DNA of 64,000 nucleotides from Proteromonas lacertae. Its lineage: Eukaryota. This document shows, one piece after another, positions 12,993 to 25,435 of the stretch (positions are counted from its first letter, which is position 1; every line of letters starts with the position of its first letter). The position numbers and the translations under genes were made by a program. The notes below the pieces were generated by a model that ran no database searches, had not been told where the DNA came from, and was given only the letters and a program-made list of their open reading frames with translations. The DNA lies in NCBI GenBank assembly GCA_002245135.1, contig NGBS01001168.1:1-64000 (forward strand). The letters run 5' to 3'.

Positions 12993-13400
12993 TTAATAAC
13001 CATTTGAATCTTTCTTTATTTCACTCACTTTTATCATCTCTTTTTGCAACTCTTTTAAACTAACTCTATCTTCACTCTTCACTTTTAACGTTCTTTCCAC
13101 CAACTCTTTCATCATATCATCACATTCTACATCAAAACAGTATTTATATTTCAGAATATTATTCATTGCTTTAAACATTTTATTATCTTCATTTAAAGGT
13201 AATTTCTTACAAATTATTTCATATTAAATACATCCAAATCACACTTTTCTTATTATATTCAAATCTACTCAATTCTTCAGGGCTTTTGAGTCATATATCA
13301 TACACTCTCAAATCATCTTCTTTTCTCTATATTCAAGATATTTATTATTTTAGCATAATCTTTCTTCTTAGCGCTTACTTCATTTCTGCTTTCTTTCAAT
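12993..13400 (-). pseudogene. Degenerate protein kinase C-lobe remnant
   Basis: KSPEE..EIICKKLPL..MMKELVERTLKVKSEDRVSLKEL resembles kinase subdomains VIII-XI; upstream frames carry stops. 5' limit approximate. Confidence 0.5.
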
Positions 13401-13665
13401 ATCTTAAATTCCTAAACTAATATTAAAAAATATCTATACTTTCCATTTGATGAGATTATTAGCTTCTAAATACTCTGCAACACTTTCAATTTTTAAATCC
13501 AATTTAAGAGAACAAATACAGGTGTATTAAGCGTATTGTTTTGTATTAATATTTAAAACATTATTATGAAGTGTATTATAATAGATATGTTATAATAACA
13601 ACAAATACTCATTCCTTAAATGAAATTATAACAAATTAATTATAATTACTATTTCATTCTTTAAA

Positions 13666-16330
13666 TCATTTGTTTTTCTTGTTCATTCTTTCTAAATATT
13701 TTCTTTTAGCAATAGCTATTTTATCTTCTGTTATACTGCTCACTGGAGTTAATACTTCTTTTCTTTCTTCTTCATGTAGTACTTTCTTACCAATGGTTTT
13801 AACTACTTCATCTTTTTCTTCTATTATTTTATGTCCACAAAGTCTATTTATATCAATTGATTCTGCTCTTGGAATGAGTTTTTCAAAATCTTTTTTATTA
13901 ATTTCACACACTTGTTTCATAAAACATTTCGATGTGAAATTTAACTAGAATAATAAATATATAATATATATACTTCGTGAAATATAATAAAATCAGGTGA
14001 TATACCTAAATTAGAGAGTGTACTAGATGGATGTAATTTAGCCAATCTAATGAATATATATATATATATATATATATACCTTGCAGCATCATTATTAATA
14101 TCAACTATTGTTCGATAAACATCATTCACTGTTCTTTGAGCTATATTCATAAAGAAACCTTCAGCTAATGACTTTAAAATTGGACTTCTATGAGAATGAC
14201 ATGATTCAATATTATATTTCTTCTATTTTATAAATAATAATAAAATACATAATATATATAAATATAAATACTTTAATAATTTCTGATTCTAATTGATCTC
14301 TTATATGAGATGCCATTCTTAACGATCTGTAATGAATACCATTCTCTTTACACCATTCCCTTGATTTATTATGTTTTATAAATTCATTGAATATTTTTAT
14401 ATAGGTGAAATGATCTCCACTTGCATCATAGTATTTGGAATGTTTTTTTATTAATTCTTCTTGTTTTTCACGATTTTCCATTGTTCTATTTAATACAATA
14501 ATAATAATAATAATAATAAATACATATAAAATATATTTTCTACAGACAACATACTACATATTATTAAAGCTTCTTTACTACAACCATTATCTATACTTGC
14601 AACTAAAAATCTACTCTAATAATAATAATAATAATATAAATATATAATTATTATACTAAACATGGTTCTAAAGGAAATTCACACATTTTTCTACCTATTT
14701 TCGTTACTTCACCATTCTTATCTAACGCTCCTAATGCAAATAACATCTTCAATGCATTTATTATTCCTTCTTTAGGTGGTGGATCAATATAATCAAAATC
14801 AATCACATCATTAATTCCTAGTACTTTTAAATACAATATCACATTCGATAAATTACTTCTCTGGATTTCTGGAACAGTATCTATTGACATTTCTTCAAAT
14901 ACAATACGTGGATATAGTCTATAACATTTACCTGATTCTATTCTACCAGCTCTACCTGCCCTTTGTTGTGCTGCAGCTTGAGATATTCGAACTATTTCTA
15001 AATTCTCAATTCCTGTATCTGGATTGAATATTTTTTGTTTTACATAACCTGGGTCAATTATATACTTTATACCTGGAACTGTAATTGATGTATCTGCTAT
15101 ATTAGTGGAGACAATAATTTTTCGAGTTTTGGTGCCATAATTTTCAAACACCTTTCTTTGATATTCTTCTGGTAATGATCCATATAATGGTAATACTTTT
15201 AAATCAATTCCATTTTCTAGTATATATATATATATATAATCATTATAATTATACTGTTTTTCCCTTTAACTCTTTCTTTCAATTCTTTACATGCTTTTTC
15301 TATTTCACTTTGACCAGTCAAAAAGTATAAAATATCACCTATTGGTTCAACTTCATGTATTTTAATAGCAACATCAACTCCACTTTTCCAAATATTACTA
15401 ATTGATCTACTTAAAGTTCTTTCTTTATTATGATATATATCAATTGGGAATAATCTGCCTGGTATTTCTAAACATGGACAATTGTTAAAATATTTACAGA
15501 ATTTATTTGTTTGTAATGTAGCTGATGTGATGATTATATGGATATTATCTTTTCTTTTATTTAATAATTTCTTTATAAATCCAAATAGTATATCAGTGTG
15601 TATACTACGTTCATGAGCTTCATCTAACATAATCACATTGTATTTTGATAATAATGGATCACTTAAACATTCTCTCACTAAACTTCCATCTGTCATATAT
15701 TTGATCTTTGTTTCTTCACTTGTATGATCTTCGAATCTTACTGTATAACCAACTGTTTTTCCTAATTCTGTATTCATTTCTTCACATACTCTTCTACATA
15801 CGGATGATGCTGCTACTCTACGTGGTTGGGTTATGACTATCATTCCATCTTTACTTAAACCACTCTCATATAAGTATTGAGGAATTTGTGTAGTTTTTCC
15901 TGAACCAGCTTCTCCTATACATACTATTACTGAATTAGCTTTTACTAATTCTATTAATTTGTTTTTATATTGATAAATTGGTAGATTTTTTCTATCTTTT
16001 TCTATTTTTTCCCTTTTTAACTCTTCTTTGCTTTTATGAGTACTTAATGGAGAAGATGAACGTGAATTTGAGGCTGATGAAGATGATGAAGAATAAGAAG
16101 AAGAACGACTACGACTAGGACTTACTGAACATGCTCCATCGCTTTCCAAATCGTCATTTCCATCATTATTCTGATTGTTGTCATCATCCATCCTATTGAT
16201 TATATAATTGAGCAATATACTTTCTTCTCTTTGAAATATCATCCAAATCTATATCATGAAATCTATATATAATGTATTGCAACTAAAATAAATACCTCTT
16301 AATGCTTGTATCATCAGAAATATTGCTCAT
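13666..16330 (-). CDS. DHX40: DEAH-box RNA helicase, DHX40-like
   Basis: GEAGSGKTTQ, TQPRRVAA, DEAH, SAT, QRAGRAGR, HA2 region and LHPSS. Tail IAIAKRKYLER is DHX40-like; subfamily is less certain than family. Confidence 0.88.
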
Positions 16331-16432
16331 TTTATATTTATTCTGCTCAAACAATACTTCGAGTTTATATTATTATTTTCTTTCCAAAACAACAATGCAA
16401 CTACTAAAAATCAATCATAATTATTCATTTAT

Positions 16433-17673
16433 TTATGAAATATGAGCATTTGTTATCTCAGGGCAAGTCACTGGACCTTTGCTTGTCATAAAATTAAAAG
16501 TCTTATATTTAGCAATATGATCTTCACCAACATGTAAATCAGGAGCACATCCTTCAAATATCTTCTTCTTCTGCACATGATTTTCAGTTTCTGGCTCAAC
16601 TAACTCCAATCCTTCAAATGATACTCTTTCACCAATTGGAGCATCAGCTGGTGGTTCTAAGAACTTCACAACTGAATGATCATCACTACTTGCACATAAT
16701 ACCATACCATGACTCTTAAATTCAACTAAACTTTTTTCTTTCAAATTACATAAAACTAATACTTTTCTATTCTCTAATTCTTCTAATTTAAAGTATGGTC
16801 TCAATCCACTAGCTAATAGTTACGTACTTCATCAGCTCCTACTTGTATTTCTTCACAGTATAATTTATCAGCTTTTGGATGAATCCATACTTTCTTTATT
16901 AATCCAACTCTTATATCTAATTTACATACTATATTATTATCAACTGGTTTTGGTTCTTCTTTCTTTGGTTCTTTCTTGATTTTCTTTTTTATTTTCTTTC
17001 TTGTTAGCTTTCTTATCACCTTCAACTCCTGCTCCTGTTGATGGTGCTGGTGGAATAGCTTGATTAGGTTTGTTTGAATCTTTGTTATTTTCTTGTTTTC
17101 TTTGTTTTCTTGATTTCTTTGGTGATGGTACTTTGTAATTTAGTATCAATTGATACAATTGATGGAGCATCTTCAATATTTCTCACTAATGGTAAGCATT
17201 GAATGTGATTAAACCATCTACAATAATTCATTATTCCAATCATATCCTTGGCATTTATTTTTGATACAATTGGATGAGTATTGTAGTACACGATTAAATC
17301 AGCTAATGTTAAACTGGATGGTGAAGCTAAATAAGACTGATGAATTAATGACTTATCTATTTCTTTTAAAGAATCTTTGGTAAATTGGTTGGTGTTAGAT
17401 ATAGGATAGCCATTCACTGACTTTGGCTTTTTCCATTGGATTTGAACCACCAAATGTATTTTGATTTTTTGTTTTTTCTAAAACATATTGCAATGCGGTA
17501 TTTTTCATATCAAATGTTTTGTCACCATCAGTAAAATGAAACTAGAATATAGATTTATCAAATTATACAGCTTCAGCCTTGTCTGATATTTCAGATACAA
17601 GTTTAAAACCTACAACTTTGCATACAAATTGAAAATCTGCAATTGATGCTAAACTCTTTGCGATAATTGACAT
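16433..17673 (-). CDS. ARC1: Arc1p/AIMP1-like aminoacyl-tRNA synthetase cofactor (GST-like + tRNA-binding OB domain)
   Basis: LTLADL..RWFNHIQ (GST-C), Lys-rich linker, LDIRVG..HPKADKLYCEEI..LCNLK..SHGMVLCA. Several 1-nt indels. Confidence 0.88.
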
Positions 17674-17772
17674 GATTTAATTTTAGGAAATACAGTATAA
17701 TACACAGAAATACATCTAATACAAATCCAATACAGTTCTGAAAAGTATTTTTGGTTATCGGATTGTGTTCCT

Positions 17773-18829
17773 ATGAAATATTATTTTGCTTCTAGTTGTT
17801 GTAGCTATAGCTCTCGGAGCTACAGGTATATTTCAAAAATTATAAATTATTATAGACTACAGAAAGATGGTACAAGAAATCAACAGTGCCAATGGATTAT
17901 GGAAAGCCCGTATTCCAACAGTATTAAAATTTTTAATTAATTTTTTTAGAACCTTGAACATTACAAAAGTTCACTTGGTGCTAGATTAGACGGAAAGAGA
18001 CATGGTATCAAATATATCCACACCCGTTCAAATGTGAAACTCCCAAAAAATTTCAATCCCTGCTGATAAATGGTATTAATTATGGTTCTTATATTGAATT
18101 AGGCCAAAATGTGAAAGTTTAAGAGAAATTAGAGATCAAAGTGTATGTGGATCATGCTGGGCCTTTGGAGCTGTTGAAGCTGCCAGCGATAGATTATGTA
18201 TTCACAGCAATGGAACTCATCAAGAAAGATTATCTGCTTCAGATATGTTAAGTTGTTGTGATGAATGTGGATTTGGATGTTATGGAGGTTATCCAGATGC
18301 TGCCTGGGATTGGATGCATAATGAAGGTGTTGTAACTGGTGATTTATACAACGATAAGAAATATTGTTACCCATATGCCTTCCCAGAATGTGATCATCAT
18401 GTAAATGGCACTCATGGTCCATGTGGAGATACTCAACCAACTCCATCTTGTAAGAGACAATGTCAAGATGGATATCCAACTCCATACAAGCAAGATAAAC
18501 ATTTCTTCTTAGAACCATATGGTCTTCCAAACAATGAAGAAGCTATCATGACAGAATTGTATGAAAATGGTCCAATTGAAGTTGCATTTACCGTGTATGA
18601 AGATTTCATGACTTATTCTAAAGGTATTTACCAACATGTTGCTGGTGGATCATTAGGTGGCCATGCTGTTAAATTAATGGGATGGGGTGTAGAAGGTGGT
18701 GTTAAATATTGGACTATTGCTAATAGTTGGAATGAAGATTGGGGTGAGAAAGGATATTTCCGTATCATCAGAGGTGTTAATGAATGTGGAATTGAAAGAC
18801 AAGGTGTAGCTGGTATGCCTAAGTTATAA
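17773..18829 (+). CDS. CTSB: Cathepsin B-like cysteine protease, copy 1
   Basis: Signal peptide, IRDQSVCGSCWAFG, occluding loop CDHHV, GGHAVKL, ANSWN; 3 mini-introns. Confidence 0.95.
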
Positions 18830-19097
18830 ACTCAATTCTTAATGAATTAATTATATTTATGTGTTTGGTTGATAAAAAAACATATATCATATAATTTCAA
18901 TTCTTACATCAAACAAGACTTTTATATTCTCAATATTATATTCATTCATTATCGTTCAAAACATTAAAGACTAAACTTACCACACCATCTGTGAAATATA
19001 AACAATATTAGATAGTAATATTGAGCATAGCGCTTCATCTACGCAGAGATTTTATTTTATGTATATATAGTCGTTTCGTAACTATTAATTTTTTTAA

Positions 19098-20158
19098 ATG
19101 AAGTTAATTTTACTTGTATTGATTGCTGCAATAGCTCTAGGAGCTACTGGTATATTTAATAATTAATAAAACTATATAGACTACAAAAAGATGGTAAAGG
19201 AAATCAACAGTGCTAATGGATTATGGAAAGCTCGTGTTCCAACAGTATTAATTTTATAGAATATATTAATATAGGATGTTGAATATTACAAAAACACACT
19301 TGGAGCTAGATTGGATGGAGAGAGAGTTGGATATAAATATATTCATTCTCGTTCAGGTTTGAAACTCCCAACTAATTTTAATGCAATTGATAAATGGTAT
19401 TTTAAAAGTATTTTAATATAAAACTAGGCCAAAATGTGAAAGTATTAAAGATATTCGAGATCAAAGTGTTTGTGGTTCATGTTGGGCCTTTGGAGCTGCT
19501 GAAGCGGCTAGTGACAGAATATGCATCCACAGTAACGGAACTCAACAAGTTAGAATATCTGCGACAGATATTCTCAGTTGCTGTGATTATTGTGGATTTG
19601 GTTGTAAAGGTGGTTTCCCCATTTTAGCTTGGGCATTTTTACGTAATAATGGATCAGTCACTGGTTTTGGTTATGGAGATAAAGAGTATTGTTATCCTTA
19701 CGTATTTCCTGAATGTGATCATCACGTTAAATTTTACTAATGATGAACCATGTGGTAAAACACAACCAACACCTGAATGTAAGCCAAAATGTCAAGATGG
19801 TTATCCAACCCCATACAAACAAGACAAACATTTCTTTGATGCTCCATACATGCTTCCAAATGATACAAATGCTATAATGAGAGAGTTATATGAAAATGGT
19901 CCACTTGAAGTTACTTTCCTCGTTTATGAAGATTTTATTGCTTATGATTCTGGTATCTACAATCACATTACTGGTAAAGGTTTAGGTGCTCATGCTGTAA
20001 AGTTATTAGGTTGGGGTGAAGAAAATGGAGTAAAATATTGGACAATAGCTAATAGTTGGAATGCTGGTTGGGGAGAAAAAGGCTACTTCCGTATTGTCAG
20101 AGGAACTAACGAATGTGGTATTGAAGAACAAGCTGTAGCTGGTATACCTAGATTTTAA
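19098..20158 (+). CDS. CTSB: Cathepsin B-like cysteine protease, copy 2
   Basis: Same exon structure; IRDQSVCGSCWAFG, CDHHV, GAHAVKL, ANSWN; small indels. Confidence 0.95.
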
Positions 20159-20310
20159 AACTAATAATCCATTGGCGTTAATTAATACATTGTTGGAAGA
20201 AGTATAATATGCAGTTAATAAGAAAAATAATATTTTAAGTTGTTGGGGTTTAAAAATTATGAAACAAAAATATACCAAAAAGCTTGACTTGGCCGTTTTT
20301 TAAAACCACA

Positions 20311-21303
20311 ATGCCTGCAGTATGAAATCTAGAGGTTTATAATGTATAGCAACCTAAGAAAGGTAAGAAGAAGTCAAAGAAACAACGTAAGAAGGAAGAG
20401 GCAGGTATTAATAACCATATTTTTATCTTTTGATAGAAAGATTAGCTCGAGAGGAAGCTGAAAGACTTGCAGAAGGTATAAAAAATATTTTATTATTTGT
20501 ACAGAGGAGCGTAAAAGGCAAGAAGCAGAAGCAAAACTAAAGGCAGAAAATGACAAAATTAGAGATGTATTAATTAATATAATATATAATAGGAAAATCG
20601 TAAAAAAATAAGAGAAGAAGAATTAGTAAGATTCAAACAAGAATTAGTATTTTTTTATTTATTATGTGTATGAATAGGAAACAGAAGAAATAGCAGAAGC
20701 TGAAATAAAAGAAACTCTAATACGTTTTCATAGAAACGAAAATGCATCAGAGAAGTGGAAAGAATATCTTAATTGCAAACATCTTCCCGATCCAGAGTCA
20801 TCTCGAGAGATTAATTCATTTATTCGAAGTTTAGAAGATAAAGACGAAAAGGAATTAGAAACAAATTGTACCTATGCACAAGATGCAATTGAATTAACAG
20901 ATGAATTATTAGAATTATATTGGAAATCAATCACTATAAATGATAGAAAGAAAGCACATCAATATTATAGTTATTTACCAGCAATATATGACTTAATAAT
21001 AGAAAAATTAGATTTTGCAACAGCTGCAATTCTATTAGTATATATTTAATATTATTATTATAGAACTCTCATAAATATTCAAGTACTAAACAAGAATTCA
21101 CAATAAACCATCAAACTCACGATATTAAATTCGGTTTATGGTTAAATACGTCAACTAAAGGTTTCAGAACAAAGTTAGTGAAATATGGAGATTTAGGAAT
21201 GTCAATGGATGTACCAAAACAATTGGGTGTTCAACAGATTGCTATTAGAGCATTACATATTAGTTACGATGATTGTGATGTATTTAGATATGAACAACAA
21301 GTA

Positions 21304-21336
<33 letters not shown>

Positions 21337-22685
21337 TATTATTATTAGGATGAAATAACACCTGAAGATGTTGATGAAAATCAAATTCCAGAAATGTTAT
21401 TAGAAATGGGAAATGGAAGCTCATAGAGATTGGGTTAAACTCTGTCAATTAGACGATGGATCAGTCAGAGATTATGTTAAACAAGTTGATGGTAAAGATT
21501 ACAACATGTCCAAACTATTATTCAATGAACTACCCAGTAAATTAAAAGTAATATCTTTAGAACGAGCCAAGCCTTATTATGATTGGTATAATTACTATGA
21601 AAGTGCAAATGAATTAATGTCTATTGGTGGTGTATTATGGGTAGAAGTATTAGCATTACCTGAACAATTGAAATCAATTAAAGGATGGGATATACAACGA
21701 TATGATGAATATCATGATAGATTAAATAGATTACCTTATCCACCAACAGTTACTTCATCTTATAATCAAGGTATACAGACATGTGAAAATGAGATTTACT
21801 GTCCCACCGTATGTATTTTTAAGAGAACAGCCTCGATTAGGATGGTGGGATAAAGAGAATAACAAATGGAGTGAAGAAGGATTTACTGATATTGAATATG
21901 ATAGTAATACTAGAATGATTACATTAAATACAACACATTTAACAGCTATATCATTACTATTTAGAAGACAGGCTGATTTCCCATATGAAAATTGGAGAAT
22001 TTATAGTGATTCAAAAAATAAAGCCGTTTTAGAATTACAAACTAAAAGAATGGAGATGAGTTTTACAGTTGATTATGACAGTGTAATGTTAACTAAACCA
22101 AATGAACCAGAAATCCAACATATCATTAATAAAAAGATGAAACCTTATGATTTACTATTAGCATTAAGAAAGTGTGGCATTAATATAATGCCTTGTGATG
22201 GTGATGCACAATATTCATTGATTATATGTGATGAAGATATTTCTAAAGTAATACCCAAAGAAACACAACATGAAATACAAACATATAGAGAAATGAGTCA
22301 AATTGTATCAGCATTTGAATGTTCTAACAGTCATTGGAATGCTAATTTACCTGCTGAAGATTGCTTTTTCCAAATTGTTGAATATTCACTCTCAGGCGAT
22401 GCTTCTTTGAAGAAAGCAGTAATGATGATTAAAGATAAAGAAAATCCTGTTGGTTATCGTAGTTTTGTGGCTGATATGAATGATTTTTCGAATACGTTAG
22501 ATAGAGAAGTGATGGTAGATGATCATCAACAGATTATTGGTGATACACATCTATATATGAGAACTGCAGTGAAAGATTATGCTACTGAAGATGGTAAAAT
22601 GTTGTTACATGACAGTGATCCAGTTTTTCAAGAGACTATTCAACATTTGTTGACATTAATAAGGCCTTTGAGTTTCTCATCTTAA
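20311..22685 (+). CDS. DNAI7: Axonemal dynein intermediate chain CASC1/CFAP94/IC97-like
   Basis: Basic then E/K/R coiled-coil N-terminus, KWKEYLNCKHLPDP..EINSFI, PRLGWWD..WSEEGFTDI, FPYENWRI, GINIMP match the CASC1 family as I recall it. Multi-exon with indels. Confidence 0.8.
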
Positions 22686-22745
22686 TTAATAATAATAATA
22701 ATATATCTTATTAAAGAAAATATGAAATAATCTATTTCTTTTATT

Positions 22746-22772
22746 ATTAATCTTGTTATGAAAGAGGATATA
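22746..22772. repeat. 27-bp direct repeat, copy 1 (attaatcttgttatgaaagaggatata)
   Basis: Exact match to 25213-25239. Confidence 0.9.
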
Positions 22773-22893
22773 CCTGTGTTCAACAAGAATGTGGTTACTC
22801 AATCAATTATGTGAATTATTTGAATTTCAATATTTTAGTCGTTTTTTATACAAAAATTTAAAAAATTTATCTTTTGTGTACACAACTATATAA

Positions 22894-25079
22894 ATGAAAT
22901 TTCTTGAACCCGCTGATAGTATTGGGTATTATTACATATAATTAATGTTATAGAGTGATTGGACAGTTAGTTGAAAGTGGTTTTTCTGATGTTTCCTTCC
23001 TTGTTGAAGATCAAACAATTAAAGGAGTTAAAAACATCATCTCAATGAATAATAAAACATTGAGAAAAATAATTGAAGACTCAAAAGCTGATTCTGAAAT
23101 TCCAATTTCTTCTCTCGTTAGTGCTGATGCATTCAAAGCATTATTGACTTATTATGGTCGTGGTATAATTGATTTAGAAGAGCATACGATATGTGATTTG
23201 ATGGTTTTGTGTTTTTGTTACCAAGATCTTCATTTATATGAGATATGTAAGAATTACATATTGAATCATATGACAATAGAGATTGCCAATCATTTCCTTA
23301 ACATGTTACCAGAATTACAAGAAAATTCGATGAATGATATAATGAATGTAACAAATGATTTTATCTTATACAATGGATGGATTTTATTAGAAGATAATAG
23401 AATACTTTCTAATACGATAGATGCTATAATTTACATATTGAAAATCCCCAACTTAATAATTGCAGATGAACATCACTTGTTAAAGAATCTTCTTAATTAT
23501 TACTATACTGTCAAGTCAAAAGAAAAAGTATTAACAAAGAGTGACTTACAGGATAGTTTTAGAAATGTTTTTAATTACATTAACTGGAAAGAATTGGATG
23601 AAGATGACTTAATAAGAAATAGCTATATTATTAGTGATGGAAAAGAATTAGATTCTTATTCAAAAAGTTCAGAAATAAGTAGATTGTATTTTGCTCCAAC
23701 AAAGAATCAAAATTTGAACAAATATTTAGCTGATATCATATTTAATGACGTTTATATAGAAGAACTTGATCGTATATATTATATTTTTATACTTATATAT
23801 CATAGAAGAAACAACTCACTTTCTGTATTTGAATGAATTTGATGAACTTATTCCTACATTGTTAGAGAATAACAATCCATTAATTATCGCAATAACATTT
23901 GTATTGATGATAAGATTAAACATCGATTATAAAGGTATATATATATAAATGAATAATATTTATATTATAGAGAAAGATACAAAGAAACTATACTGTTTGA
24001 TAAAGAAATTATCAGAATGTCATGAAACAACAAAAAGTAATAATATGAAACAGATAATTGCCAAAGCATTAACAATATTCTTTAATAGTAGCATCTGTTC
24101 TGATAATTACAAGATTGATGAATATTTCCATATAATATACTACAATAGTAGTTGTGAATTAATAGCAAGAATCTATACATTCTATGACGAATATTTGAAT
24201 AGTTCAAATGTAAGAAGTAGAATTACAAACTATATCAGTTCTTTACCATTTGTTTATGAAGACTTTGCTTTAATTAAAGAAATAAAAGGTGATAATTCTA
24301 ATGTAGGAAATATACTATCATCTCCGCCAAGTTTTTCATATAACAATAATTTGTTAGATATTATTCATGTCGAAGGAGTAAAAGTAGAAATTCCATCAAA
24401 CCAAACTCCAAGAGGATGTAAATACAGTATAGAACCAAATTTACCATCAGGATTATCAATTGACAAATACAGTGGCATGATATCTGGCGAACCAGAAACA
24501 TTATGTGAAAAGACAGAATATGAAGTAACTTGTGAAAATGTTCTTGGGAAACAAACAACCAAAATTTCATTATCAGTGAGAATTGTTAATTTTCAATCAG
24601 ACTATTGTAGTAAAATGATAAAAATATTGCAAGATGGTTATACAATCACAAAGAATGAAGATAGTGAAACAGTTTCACATTGTTATTTAAAAACTGTAAT
24701 GAATAGTGGAGAAGAATATCATTTTACATTTAAGATTAATCGCTTTAATTCTGATGGGGAAATAAGAATTGGAGGAACAACAATTGAAAATTATGTAGAA
24801 AACAATCTTTATAATCAAAGTAATACTCACACAATTGGTTTTAAAACAAATACAATTACAAGATATGGTTCAGGAGCTAATAACAGTTACAATACATCAT
24901 TAGCTAATGGTGATACTTTAGTAGTTATATTTGATTTAAAAAGTAGATATATGAATTATAACATCAATGGAAAACAATATAATTCAATATTTACATCCAT
25001 TCAATACCCATTATACCCATTTATTGAGTTAGTATCTGAAAATGATTCAATTACTTTATTATCAGTAAAGAAATGTTAA
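22894..25079 (+). CDS. BTB/BACK - putative Ig - SPRY/B30.2-like protein
   Basis: LVESGFSDVSF BTB, YSIEPNLPSGLSIDKYSGMISG Ig motif, GDTLVVIFDL..LYPFIEL SPRY-like end; mini-introns at positions similar to the paralog 2908-5026. Confidence 0.85.
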
Positions 25080-25212
25080 AAATGATTTTATTATTATTAA
25101 AAGCTTTAAAATTATCTTTATTTTTATTCTATTTTTAATGGGCGAAGACATGTTTGCTTTATTTTATTATATAATTTACTTAATTAAAATAGGACCGATT
25201 TATTAAACTCTG

Positions 25213-25239
25213 ATTAATCTTGTTATGAAAGAGGATATA
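25213..25239. repeat. 27-bp direct repeat, copy 2
   Basis: Exact match to 22746-22772. Confidence 0.9.
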
Positions 25240-25435
25240 GATAAATCACAATTAAAATCATTCTTAGAAAGATTTTCTTATGTAGAAACAATATAACTCA
25301 GTGGAAAGAAAAGATAGATATTTCGAAAGAATTTCCAATAATTTCCAGAATTATAAAACACTTTATTATCATTTCTCTTTTATTTCTCACCAAAATAACA
25401 ACAATAATTCTTTAACAACAACGATATACTTCTAT

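Noticed and set aside
16800..17180. Programmed frameshifting, RNA editing or an alternative genetic code
   Set aside because: Breaks sit in homopolymers or microsatellites and differ between the IR arms; spliced genes read and terminate in the standard code.
20282..20289. gcttgact upstream of both CASC1 and the MGCG gene (46102-46109) as a flagellar regulon motif
   Set aside because: Only two 8-bp occurrences; not seen upstream of the mastigoneme gene.
21311..21336. (TA)n tracts (also ~14055-14078 and ~15221-15237)
   Set aside because: Ordinary microsatellites inside introns.
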